Shown: positions 9,661 to 18,898, counted from the first letter of the stretch. The stretch: DNA of 42,616 nucleotides from Phycisphaerales bacterium (GCA_020344555.1 CP070827.1:3159828-3202443); one strand, 5' to 3'. Notes: generated by a model not told the origin, from the sequence alone. Program-made: numbers and translations.

Positions 9661-9689
9661 TTGACTGCTGAAGCGCTGCTGTTGATACT
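9661..9689 (+). promoter_or_regulatory. candidate sigma70-type promoter (TTGACT-17-GATACT)
   Basis: Hexamers read directly, about 20 nt upstream of the ATG at 9711. No clear Shine-Dalgarno follows. Confidence 0.35.
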
Positions 9690-9710
9690 CGTAACACTCC
9701 GGTCGATTTG

Positions 9711-12700
9711 ATGCGACAAGCGATGAACGACGTGCGCAAATACGAGTCGAGCGCTACCCGTCCCCTTAATGTGGTTATGTTCTGCCTGGTGATAATGACC
9801 GTTGCGGGAGGCTCGCTGCTTCTGAGCGCCGCAAAGCCCACTGCCCCTGTGGACGGCGCTATCGAGTGGCAGGAGGAATCGCCGCTTCGCGCCGTTGTTC
9901 AGTTGCTCTGCCTCAACTATCAGGTCCCTACGATCTACGCCGGGACCGTCAAGAACTACATCTTCGGAATCGGTGCCGGCCTGGCGATCCTCGTCTTGAG
10001 CATTGCCATAGTGGGGGGGCCGAGAACACGTGCCGAAGACGTGGTCGGCGATGACGCGACCTTGATATCAGGTGCCCCGGACAGTTCCGCAACCAGCGCC
10101 GGGCCACACAAGGTGCACGTGGCCCCGCTCATCGCCGCCCAGCTACTGGTGGGACTGTATCTGTTGTGGTCATTCGCGAGCAGTCGGTGGCTGTGGGCTC
10201 CGGAGTTGGCGGTCGGCGGAAGCATCCTGCTCACGATCCATTTTCTGTGGGCCTTCGGCATCGGCAACGGGCTGGGCTCCTCCGCCGCAAGGCTGGCGTC
10301 ACGGGCGGTCGTGGTAATCGCCGTGCTCACGGCTGCCGTTGCCATCTGGTATCACTATGGGCGCAACCCCACACTTCGAGCCGACTTTCCAGTGGGTAAT
10401 CCGGCCTTTCTGGCGGCCTGTCTTATCCCCGGCATCCTCCTCGCTGCCGCGCTCATCTGCGAAAAGATCGAGAGCGCTGTCAAGAAACATGCGAGAGCCG
10501 CTGGCTTGGTGATCTCGGCCGCTGTGCTGATGGCCATTTGCCTCTGGGCTTTCCTTCTCGCCGATTCGCGTGGTGCCTACGTCGGCCTTCTGTTTGGCGC
10601 ATTGGCCATGGCGTTCTTTGGCCTGCGAGGCCGCACGAAGTGGATTCCGGTGGCCCTCGGGGTAGCGGTGGCGGCTTTCGGCTGGCTCTATTTCTCCGGG
10701 CTGGGTGACACATTGTCACAGACCGGCCGTAGCGCCACCGTCCGTTTGCGCACCTACGCCTGGGGCTATGCTTGGCGCATGTTCAACGAGAGACCCTTCA
10801 CCGGACACGGGCAAGGGGCCTTTGTGCTGGTGGGCGACTCGCACGTTGTCAACGACGTATTGGATGACCCACTCGTCTTCGAGTCGCGCATTGCCCACGC
10901 TCACAACGAATGGTTCGAGGTCATGGCCGATCTAGGGTCGGTGGGAATCGTCCTGATAGCTGCCGCGCTACTGCTGACACTTCGGGCCGGTGTGGCTGCG
11001 CTGGCGGCATCGCCACCTCGCGGCGAGCGCTGGGCGCTTGTCGGCCTGATGGGCGCGTTGGTGGGCCTTGTCGTTGAAGAGTGTTTCAGTGTGGGTCTGC
11101 GCGTCTCCGGCGTTCCAATATTGTTCTATACCGTAATCGGGTTGATCTGGGCGCTGAGCGGCCGCGGGACCCGAGGTCTTGCACACTGTCTTTCCGCAAC
11201 ACGCGGTCGACGCGCCACCACCGCATTCGTCGGCGGTCTGGTCGGACTTGGGGCGTTGGTGATGACGCAGCAGGACTTCGCAGCGGCACGAAGCGTGTTC
11301 CGTGCCAGGGATGCTTTCTTCGACGGCAACTACGATGAGGCGATTCGGTTGGCCTCACTGGCGACCAATCGGCTCAATCCGCAGCGAGCACTCACCAATC
11401 TGTACCGCTGGAGTGAGGCCCATTTGCAGGCCGCCGAGTATCTGCAACACCGCGCCGTCGATCGCGAGCGCCGGGCATATGAAACACAGCCACCGAATGC
11501 CAGACTTCTGGCCCTGGCGGAGGAGGACTACAGGCTCAGTGACAAGCATTGTGAAGAAGGGAGCGGTGCGCTCAAGGAGTTGGTCCTCCGCTCCCCCGGG
11601 TACATCAACCACGGCAGCGTGGAATACTGGCTCAACATAACCCGGGCGCGCAGTGCGACCGCCCGAAACGACGCGGAGAAGTCACGGGCTCTGCTGGATG
11701 ATGCGGTGACCGCGGTCAAACGCGAACTTCTCCGCCAGCCCTTCAGTCCGTCGCTGGCCGCCGACTACATGCGCGCCCAACGGAGCCTGGCCGGTCCGGC
11801 GCACGATCTTGCAGAGGTAATCGATGTGTTCGCCCGTCCCCTGCGACATCACCAGGTCACGGGGTCATATGTAAACATCCTGACAGAGCTGGGCGCAGAA
11901 CCCGAGTCCGACCGTCAGCTCGAGGCCCTTCTACAGGAAGCAAAGGATGCGTTGACAACGCCGCCGATCGATGATCAGACAGGCGAACCGCGCGAAACGT
12001 GGGTGCCGGAAAAGCTCCGATTGCTGGCCACCGTCCGCTTCATGCGGGGCGACTATCAGGGTGCTCGAGAGGTACTCGAACTGGCGGCATCGGCCTACGA
12101 TGTGATGGCCCCGGCAGTGCCGTTCGGAGCGGCTAGTTGTCATGCGGAGCTGGCCGACTGCCGGTTCTTCAGTGAACCCAATGACCCAACGTTGGCACTT
12201 ACCAGTGCGGTCCGGGCGATCACTCTTGCGCCCCTGTCGCGATCGGGACGCTTGTTGAAACTCAGCGTGCAAACACGGATGGTGGATTACTTCCTTGCCG
12301 CCGACGAGGAGGAGAAGGCGAAACGTCTGTTGCGAGAAACCGGGCCCAGGGCCGCTACCGACGAGGATGTGTTGCGCGAGCTGGCGGCGCGCTATGGGGG
12401 GTTGTGCGAGTCGCTGCTCGGGCGACGCGAGGCCGGCGGGCAGTTGCGGAAGCCTCCCGCGGATCTGGCACCGAAGCTGCAACGCTGGATAAAGCGGGCC
12501 ATCGAGTTGAATTCCGATGACCCGGTGGCCCACTATCTGGCCGCTGACCTGGCGTTCTACGTCGGCGATGACGAGACCACGGCAATGCATCTCCGCGACG
12601 CCCTCGACAAGGGTTTGCCTCCGGATCTGGCCGGACAGTTCCTTCAAACCGCTCGGGATATGAGGCCCAATAGTCCGGCACTGGAGGCGCTCTGGTCGAC

Positions 12701-12815
12701 CCTTGCGCCACCGCAGCCGCCAGGCCGGCCCGCGGGTGAATCCCCACCCCCGCCCGAGACGCGTTCTCCCGCGGCACCGCAGGACCGAGAGCCGTCAGGA
12801 GGCGCCGGCCGCTAA
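9711..12815 (+). CDS. O-antigen ligase (Wzy_C)-like polytopic membrane protein fused to a long alpha-helical/TPR-like C-terminal domain
   Basis: About 12 hydrophobic segments. The Wzy_C-like loop is ...RIAHAHNEWFEVMADLGSVGIVL. The C-terminal ~560 aa are helical-repeat-like (DGNYDEAIRLA..., RGDYQGAREVLELA...) with a Pro-rich tail. The ORF opens at TTG 9708 and the ATG is at 9711. Confidence 0.7.
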   Translation: MRQAMNDVRKYESSATRPLNVVMFCLVIMTVAGGSLLLSAAKPTAPVDGAIEWQEESPLRAVVQLLCLNYQVPTIYAGTVKNYIFGIGAGLAILVLSIAIVGGPRTRAEDVVGDDATLISGAPDSSATSAGPHKVHVAPLIAAQLLVGLYLLWSFASSRWLWAPELAVGGSILLTIHFLWAFGIGNGLGSSAARLASRAVVVIAVLTAAVAIWYHYGRNPTLRADFPVGNPAFLAACLIPGILLAAALICEKIESAVKKHARAAGLVISAAVLMAICLWAFLLADSRGAYVGLLFGALAMAFFGLRGRTKWIPVALGVAVAAFGWLYFSGLGDTLSQTGRSATVRLRTYAWGYAWRMFNERPFTGHGQGAFVLVGDSHVVNDVLDDPLVFESRIAHAHNEWFEVMADLGSVGIVLIAAALLLTLRAGVAALAASPPRGERWALVGLMGALVGLVVEECFSVGLRVSGVPILFYTVIGLIWALSGRGTRGLAHCLSATRGRRATTAFVGGLVGLGALVMTQQDFAAARSVFRARDAFFDGNYDEAIRLASLATNRLNPQRALTNLYRWSEAHLQAAEYLQHRAVDRERRAYETQPPNARLLALAEEDYRLSDKHCEEGSGALKELVLRSPGYINHGSVEYWLNITRARSATARNDAEKSRALLDDAVTAVKRELLRQPFSPSLAADYMRAQRSLAGPAHDLAEVIDVFARPLRHHQVTGSYVNILTELGAEPESDRQLEALLQEAKDALTTPPIDDQTGEPRETWVPEKLRLLATVRFMRGDYQGAREVLELAASAYDVMAPAVPFGAASCHAELADCRFFSEPNDPTLALTSAVRAITLAPLSRSGRLLKLSVQTRMVDYFLAADEEEKAKRLLRETGPRAATDEDVLRELAARYGGLCESLLGRREAGGQLRKPPADLAPKLQRWIKRAIELNSDDPVAHYLAADLAFYVGDDETTAMHLRDALDKGLPPDLAGQFLQTARDMRPNSPALEALWSTLAPPQPPGRPAGESPPPPETRSPAAPQDREPSGGAGR

Positions 12816-13025
12816 CCAGGGCAGTCAGCCTGTGCAAACCGTCGTGGAACTGACGTACGTCCCACACATTACCGTGTTCGGCTCGGCCGTTGGTGAATCC
12901 CGACTTGCGTCGGAGTCTGAATGTCCGTACGTTACGGACCGTTTTGGTGCGGGACCTGCGGTCGAACGACTCCTGCAGGCCGGCGAGCGACCGAGGACTC
13001 TTGATTTGCGCGGGCTGCCGGGCGT

Positions 13026-14300
13026 ATGAGCGACTTTGTGCACGAAAACCTCCCTTGTGGCATCGAGTTCGGCGTGGCCCCGTTGCCACAGCGGCACGTG
13101 GTCTCGTTTCAGATTCGGGTACTGACCGGAGCCTGCGCAGAGCCGCCCGACAAGCTCGGTCTGGCCCGCCTGATCGGTGAGACGATCGACAAGGGGACCC
13201 AACAGCGGACGGGTCGTCAGCTTTCGGACGCGTTCGATGCGATCGGTGCATCGCGCGGCAGTGCCACCGGCCGGGAGACCGCGACATTTAGCTGTACGGT
13301 CTTACCCGAGCATTTTGACAAGGCCGTTGCCCTCCATGCCGAGTTTGTGCGCGCCCCGACGTTCCCCGAGGACGCCTTCACCGCCAGCATCCAGCTCGCC
13401 AGGCAGGAGTTGCTTGCTCTTGAGGACGATGCCCACGGTCTTGCGGACAAGCTGATTGGCCAAAAGGCCTACGGGCCGCTGCTCGGTCGGCATCCGCTCG
13501 GTGAGCCGGAAACACTTGATCGCATCACCCGAGACGATCTTGAAGATCACTGGCGATCGCACTTTCATGGCGGGCGCATAGTGGTGGCGGTGGCCGGCGC
13601 GGTCGATCCGAAGCGGGTGGCTGAGATATTTCAAGAACAATTCGACGGATTCGGCAGCCCGCATCGCGATGGACGGGTGACGTTTCCGGTTGAGTTTTCA
13701 GCCGGCGCTACCCACCACCACAAGGAACTGGAACAGGAGCAGATCGGGATCTGTTGGCCCGGTGTTCAGGCCACACACGATGACTTCCCCATACAGCAAG
13801 TCATTCTGGGGGTTCTATCGGGGGGGATGAGCGGGCGACTATTTACCGAGGTTCGCGAGAAGCAGGGCCTGGTCTATTGGGTCAACGCGTGGCAGGAGAC
13901 ACCCCGCGGTACGGGCATGATTTTCCTCGGTGCCTCCACCACGCCGGATCGCTGCGACCGGACTTATGCAACGCTGCTTCGGGAAGTGGATCGGCTGGCA
14001 AACGATATTCAGCAGGACGAGCTGGATCGGGCGATCACCGGTCTCGTCGCAGCTCTGGAAACGCGCGGTGACAGCACCCGGGCACGTTGCGCGGAGCTGG
14101 CCAACGATTTGTTCTTCTTCGGCCGGCCACGCACTGATGAGGAGAGAGTTGCCAAGGTGCAAGCAGTCACCATAGAGGACGCCTGCCGGTATCTGACGAC
14201 CTATCCGCGTGATAGATTGTGTGTGGTGACCTTGGGTCCCAGGCCGCTGGCCGACAGTGCGATCGAGGATGCTCACCCAAATGACAGCGGACCGGCGTGA
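13026..14300 (+). CDS. M16 (pitrilysin) family peptidase, non-catalytic-type subunit
   Basis: M16 fold length and blocks are present, but the position of the HxxEH zinc motif reads GLARLIGETIDKGT, with no His pair. Confidence 0.8.
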   Translation: MSDFVHENLPCGIEFGVAPLPQRHVVSFQIRVLTGACAEPPDKLGLARLIGETIDKGTQQRTGRQLSDAFDAIGASRGSATGRETATFSCTVLPEHFDKAVALHAEFVRAPTFPEDAFTASIQLARQELLALEDDAHGLADKLIGQKAYGPLLGRHPLGEPETLDRITRDDLEDHWRSHFHGGRIVVAVAGAVDPKRVAEIFQEQFDGFGSPHRDGRVTFPVEFSAGATHHHKELEQEQIGICWPGVQATHDDFPIQQVILGVLSGGMSGRLFTEVREKQGLVYWVNAWQETPRGTGMIFLGASTTPDRCDRTYATLLREVDRLANDIQQDELDRAITGLVAALETRGDSTRARCAELANDLFFFGRPRTDEERVAKVQAVTIEDACRYLTTYPRDRLCVVTLGPRPLADSAIEDAHPNDSGPA

Positions 14301-14337
14301 CGCCCGTAAGCAGGCGGCAGGTACCTGAAGGAGTAAG

Positions 14338-15591
14338 ATGCAAAAAGTGACCGACGGTCCTTACACGCTCCATACCTTGGATAATGGACTGCGCGTGGTG
14401 ATCGAGCGGATGCCCCACGTGCGTAGTGCGGCGGCCGGCTTTCTCGTCCGGACCGGTGCCCGAGACGAAACCCCTCCTTTTGCAGGCGTTTCGCACTTTC
14501 TCGAACACATGATGTTCAAGGGTACGGCCAGGCGTACGTGGCGTGACATAACCGTCGACTTCGACCGCATGGGTAGTGCCTACAACGCCTATACCAGCGA
14601 GGACCGGACCATCTATTACGGGTGGGTCCGCAAGGCGGACATCGGTAAGCAGATCGAGCTGCTGGCCGACATGTTGCGCTCCACACTGCCCGCTTCGGAG
14701 TTCGAGACCGAAAAGAAGGTTGTTCTTGAAGAGATCGCCATGGCCAGGGACAACCTTGAACACCGGGCCTTCGATTTTCTGCAGGAGAAAGTCTTCGCCG
14801 GTCATCCGCTCGCTTGGCCGGTCCTGGGCTATGAGGATACCGTCGGCCCGCTCACGCGTGACCAGATGGGGGAGTACTTCGAGCAGCGTTACGCTCCGGA
14901 CAACGTGCTGTTCATCGTTGCCGGCAACGTGGATCCCGAACAGATCATCGGGTTTGCCGAAAAGCACTGCGGCTCTTGGGCGGTGTCGGGCGTGGCCGCC
15001 AAGCGGGTCCCGCCGGACATTCACGGCGGCACGGACGTGCTCACCGTGGAGCGTTTCAAGCAACAGGTTGTTGCGCTGACCTTTCCATCGATCAGCGCTT
15101 GTGACGAGCGTGCGGAAACGGCGGCGGCGGCGGCTACGATTCTCGGTGGGGACAACTCGCGGTTCTTCTGGAGCATCGTGCAGAAGGGCCTGGCCCCGCG
15201 AGCGGGTGCCTATCATCTCGAATATACCGATTGCGGACTGATGATGCTGTACGGCATTTGTCAGCCGGAGAACGCCGAATACCTCTTGGAAGCCATGCGG
15301 GTCGAGGCCGATCGCATCTGTACTGAGCGGGTCCGGGAACATGAGGTCGAGCGGGTCAAGAATAAACGTCGGACATCGCTCGCCGTCGAAAGTGAGACGC
15401 CGTATTATCGTCTTACACAGTTGATGGACGACATGGAGTACCGTGGAGCGCCGCGCACGGTCGAACAAATGTTGGCGGAGGTCGATGCGGTCACAGCCGA
15501 TACGATCTACGATTACTTTCAAGAGTACCCGGTCAACGCCGACGGCCATTTGGCAAGCGCCGGCCCGAGACGCTGGCCGGTGGTCGATTAA
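14338..15591 (+). CDS. M16 (pitrilysin) family zinc peptidase, catalytic-type subunit
   Basis: Strong RBS GAAGGAG upstream. The inverted zinc motif HFLEHMMFKGT (HxxEH) is at the expected N-terminal position. Confidence 0.88.
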   Translation: MQKVTDGPYTLHTLDNGLRVVIERMPHVRSAAAGFLVRTGARDETPPFAGVSHFLEHMMFKGTARRTWRDITVDFDRMGSAYNAYTSEDRTIYYGWVRKADIGKQIELLADMLRSTLPASEFETEKKVVLEEIAMARDNLEHRAFDFLQEKVFAGHPLAWPVLGYEDTVGPLTRDQMGEYFEQRYAPDNVLFIVAGNVDPEQIIGFAEKHCGSWAVSGVAAKRVPPDIHGGTDVLTVERFKQQVVALTFPSISACDERAETAAAAATILGGDNSRFFWSIVQKGLAPRAGAYHLEYTDCGLMMLYGICQPENAEYLLEAMRVEADRICTERVREHEVERVKNKRRTSLAVESETPYYRLTQLMDDMEYRGAPRTVEQMLAEVDAVTADTIYDYFQEYPVNADGHLASAGPRRWPVVD

Positions 15592-15707
15592 GTGTGGGTA
15601 ATGAAAGGATGGGATCCCTCTTCTCGGGGTTATGCCCGCAACCGCTCCCGGAGCGAGCTGTAGAATGTGAAGGATATACCCGCGCGGATACGCCTGCGTG
15701 CTAAGCC

Positions 15708-16601
15708 ATGAACACCCCGGCCCCCCTTGACATCAAAGTCATCTACAGTGCCACGAAGCGCCACCGGCGAGGTTGGTGGGCTTCTCGCGCCGCCGTGCCC
15801 ATCCAGGACACTGGTCTGGTGGTGCTGGGCATACTAAACGTCATCGCCGCTGGTGGATTGTACTACGCTACCTGTTGGTGGGCGGATCCTGAATTGAGGT
15901 TCAGGGTGCTCATGCATACGCCGCTTCCCGGCGTCGATCTCCGGGAGGCCAAACTCCCTAGCGCAAGTCCACCCACAGGGGAAGAGGCCCAACCAATCTG
16001 GATTATATCCGAGGTTGCCAAACAGCAGGGGCGACTACCACCGGATCTTGTCCCCGACTCCGCCGAGGCGCCCCGTGATCTGACAGCCAACGCGCGAGCT
16101 CAGACCGCACAGGCGGTCAAATTCGTGGGTACGGTAGTCGGATGGGAGGCACTGGCCACCATCGCCGCTTGCGCTTTGGCCCTGGCAGGCGGTGCTCTTG
16201 TAGGACGAGCCGGCACTGCCGGGTTGCGCCTTGCCGGTGTCGTCGTAGCGTTGGTGGGACTCGTTGCCATCGGCTGGGCGGCGTATGACCTTTGGGTCCA
16301 ATACGGAAGACTCGTACCTGATCAGTTGCGCACCGATATCGGTGGGCTGGTGCTGCTTGCGGCACTGGCCGGGCTTGTAATCGGCCGGAGGATACGAGGG
16401 CTGACTTACTTGGCCGCCATTATACTCATTCTTTCAGCCGCCGGCAGCGTTGTTGGCCTGTACGTCGGGGCACAGTTCGACGCCGTCAAACCGGAGGAAC
16501 TGCCCCTCCCGTTCTTCGCTTTCGTGGTCGTTGTTTTCGTTATCCATTCACTCTGGGGTTGGGTGTTGCTACTACTGGCCTCACGTATTCGACCGTATTA
16601 G
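15708..16601 (+). CDS. polytopic membrane protein, unknown function
   Basis: 297-aa ORF with at least six hydrophobic helices and a charged, Pro-rich loop after the first helix. No family was recognised. Confidence 0.6.
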   Translation: MNTPAPLDIKVIYSATKRHRRGWWASRAAVPIQDTGLVVLGILNVIAAGGLYYATCWWADPELRFRVLMHTPLPGVDLREAKLPSASPPTGEEAQPIWIISEVAKQQGRLPPDLVPDSAEAPRDLTANARAQTAQAVKFVGTVVGWEALATIAACALALAGGALVGRAGTAGLRLAGVVVALVGLVAIGWAAYDLWVQYGRLVPDQLRTDIGGLVLLAALAGLVIGRRIRGLTYLAAIILILSAAGSVVGLYVGAQFDAVKPEELPLPFFAFVVVVFVIHSLWGWVLLLLASRIRPY

Positions 16602-16797
16602 AGCGTTCGTGTTTTACGTGTAGCGGCAGGTCCCATGCCGGCCGTAGCCTCCCCGTCAATGACCTCGTCGTAGCGGAACCCCGACGGGCGTCCCGATGCA
16701 CGCCATGCGGAGTCGCCGTGTTGACCACATTCCTTGACTGACAGATGAGCGGAGGCAGGTGACTGTTTCGCCTGCTTTCAGGCTCTACAATGGTGGG

Positions 16798-17382
16798 ATG
16801 ACCCTCGAAGACCATTTGGCCTGCCCGAAATGTGGGTACGATCTCCACGGTATCCCTGAGGTTCGATGCCCCGAGTGTGGCTTCCGGTATGACGCGGCGG
16901 CGTTGCGTTCGATGGCGGCCTCGGCCGAATGGATACGGCTCGTCGCCGCTCGGATGCTGATTGTACGAGCCACCTTGGCAGCCGCCCTGACGATACCGGC
17001 CGTCTTGGATCATCTGGGCATCAGTGGTCTCAGCTTTTTCTGTGTGACCGCCGTAGCGTATTTGGCGGCATTCTTGACTTGGGCCGTACTCACAGATGTA
17101 TACACGGGGCCCACATCGATTCCGACCCTGCTCGTGGTGCTCCTCGGCTTTGGCGCGTTCATCAGGTGCATCGGGCACGCAGGGCCATGGGTCTCCCTTG
17201 CGGCTGGTGCAGTGTTCCTCCTCCTTGCGTGGATGGTACGCATCCGCTATTGGCCGACGTTGCCTCCTCCGAGCAACACACCATCCACTGAGCTGCGACG
17301 TTCGGTGGTTCGTCATAGCGTCGCTGGGACCGTCCTCCTCCTCGTCGCTTCGCTCCTCGTGGTGATTGTCCTCGTGCGGTAG
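16798..17382 (+). CDS. membrane protein with N-terminal zinc ribbon (CPKCGYDLHG-x6-CPECG)
   Basis: ORF 16759..17382 from a GTG. The ATG at 16798 gives MTLEDHLACPKCGYDLHGIPEVRCPECGFRYD, followed by four or five hydrophobic helices. The start choice is uncertain. Confidence 0.65.
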   Translation: MTLEDHLACPKCGYDLHGIPEVRCPECGFRYDAAALRSMAASAEWIRLVAARMLIVRATLAAALTIPAVLDHLGISGLSFFCVTAVAYLAAFLTWAVLTDVYTGPTSIPTLLVVLLGFGAFIRCIGHAGPWVSLAAGAVFLLLAWMVRIRYWPTLPPPSNTPSTELRRSVVRHSVAGTVLLLVASLLVVIVLVR

Positions 17383-17786
17383 GGCCCTCTTATTCCCACT
17401 CGGGAGGAAAGGGGGTCGGGAGTCGCGTCTTGCTGCTCGGCTGCCACGAGCGAGTCACGGAGTGACGACAGAGGCTAGTCCATAGCCGGAGCCAGGGGAG
17501 AGCAGGTTGCGCAGGCCAGGACAAAGCTCCGCACGGGCCGATACAGCCTTGTCCTCGCGAGAAGATGTGTCGTCCCTATCGGGGTCTCCCGCAAATGGAC
17601 GGGCTCGCATCCCGTGGCTTACACCAATGGGCTAAAGCCGATCGTCCCGGCGAGCCGGAACTTGAGCACACGGCATATTCCAACGGCCTGCTTGCACCAA
17701 TACCGCAGATGCGCTTACCTCGTTCCGTGACCATACACTGGCGGGGTCAACGCCGGCGGACCAGCGCGACCCCTCGTCACGAAAAA

Positions 17787-17946
17787 GTAGAATGTCCCGA
17801 ATGGCACTGCCTTAGCTCTTGGGGCCTCAGCAGGGGTCCTTGGGGTCTCTCTGGGCGCGCCCGGGGGTCGTCGTGTACGCCTAACGAGTCCCATGCCCCC
17901 CGTAACAGGGCGAAAAACCGCGGCAGTGCCATTCGTAGAATGTCCC
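17787..17946. other. composite repeat: direct GTAGAATGTCCC copies flanking a 13-bp inverted repeat that closes a ~135-nt G+C-rich segment
   Basis: GTAGAATGTCCC is at 17787-17798 and 17934-17945. GAATGGCACTGCC at 17799-17811 is the exact reverse complement of GGCAGTGCCATTC at 17921-17933. Confidence 0.6.
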
Positions 17947-18001
17947 CTTTCTCCTCTCAGGGTGATAATGCCCGGACGTGATCTGGACTGATTGAAACGA
18001 A

Positions 18002-18340
18002 AGGAGCCTGTTCGGCGAAACTGGTCCCTTAAAGACCTTCCGCTCGCCGGGGCGGCTCGTGGCCTTCTACGGGCTGGACCTGATGGTCTTTCAGACTGGG
18101 CAGTACGGCGCAGCACGACGCCGCATCAGCAAACCCGGATCGCCGGCCCTGCGGAACACGATGTGGTAGATGGCCCATCGGGCATGCTACCAAGAGGGCG
18201 ACCTGCGCGACTACCGGCTGCGCCGCAAGGGCGAGGGTCTATCCCACCGCTCAGCAGTGACCGCCCCGGGCATCAAGCTCTGCCACGCGACTTGGCGCAT
18301 CATGCCCGATCGCCGCGACTACCAGACCCAGCGGCCGACG
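18002..18340 (+). pseudogene. IS110-family transposase remnant (C-terminal third only, with an in-frame TAG)
   Basis: One frame reads ...FRSPGRLVAFYGLDLMVFQTGQYGAARRRISKPGSPALRNTMW*MAHRACYQEGDLRDYRLRRKGEGLSHRSAVTAPGIKLCHATWRIMPDRRDY. This matches the IS110 C-terminal pattern (aaYaGLxPxxxxSG...RISKxGxxxLR...yyxRlxxkGk...AxvAxaRKL). The TAG is at 18167-18169. No DEDD N-terminal domain was found upstream. Confidence 0.7.
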
Positions 18341-18430
18341 CCCAACTCCCGAGGAACCTGCAAGTGCCAAAGAGCAAACGAACGAAATTCTTCTACTTTA
18401 CCCTTGACTGCCTATAGCTGGTCTTTTCCG

Positions 18431-18898
18431 TTACGCAATCGTTGAATTCCGCACAGGCGTGCCGCACTCTGAGCAAAGGTCGGAAACGCTACCCCTGAGG
18501 TCGTAGCCGCATCGGATGCATAATCCGTGGGTCCGGCGGCGCCACCGTCGGGCTCGCCTCGCGCCAGAGATAGCCGGAAATGCTGCCGACAACCCGAAGA
18601 GCGCCCAGAACGGGACGGCGATCCAGATGATCTGGTCCCCGTCGTCCCTCTTGGGTATGTGTATTGCTGCCACTTCGAACCCCAAAAATGAGTGCAATTC
18701 CACAGGAATCTCGCCCTGGTCAAGCAGAGGCACGAAGTACGAACGAACGCACCGTGACGTCATTTGTATAGTGAGGCCCGTGGTACCGACATTGCAGCGT
18801 AGCCACCGCGGAGCAATCGAAGACGCCAGCCAAAGGGTCGAAACGACCACTAAGCACGCCGCACCCGACAGAACCTTAAGTCGGCTCAACACTCCCAA
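18431..18898 (-). CDS. small two-helix membrane protein with C-terminal zinc ribbon (CIRCGYDLRG-x5-CSECG); candidate immunity protein
   Basis: 155-aa ORF from TTG 18898, or GTG 18892 with a better-spaced GAGGG. It has an N-terminal helix, a second helix IIWIAVPFWALFGLSAAFPAI, the Arg-rich stretch RRARRWRRR, then the ribbon. It starts 77 bp downstream of the Rhs tip on the same strand. Confidence 0.6.
   Translation of the reverse strand: MGVLSRLKVLSGAACLVVVSTLWLASSIAPRWLRCNVGTTGLTIQMTSRCVRSYFVPLLDQGEIPVELHSFLGFEVAAIHIPKRDDGDQIIWIAVPFWALFGLSAAFPAISGARRARRWRRRTHGLCIRCGYDLRGSVSDLCSECGTPVRNSTIA

Noticed and set aside
12355-13287. A 310-aa minus-strand ORF
   Set aside because: It is extremely Arg/Pro/Ser-rich and overlaps the ends of two well-supported plus-strand genes.
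14167-15549. A 460-aa ORF on the minus strand
   Set aside because: It is antisense to the M16 peptidase gene, which has a strong RBS and an HxxEH motif. The translation is Arg/His/Gly-rich without motifs, as expected for a high-G+C shadow ORF.
16540-17316. A 258-aa minus-strand ORF
   Set aside because: It is antisense to the zinc-ribbon membrane protein gene and has no hydrophobic or motif structure.
17383-18001. The idea that the IR-bounded element is an IS110 bridge/guide RNA
   Set aside because: The adjacent transposase is only a C-terminal remnant and no DEDD domain is detectable. I cannot show the characteristic two-loop architecture or target/donor complementarity by eye. I kept it as an unexplained structured element rather than calling it a bridge RNA.
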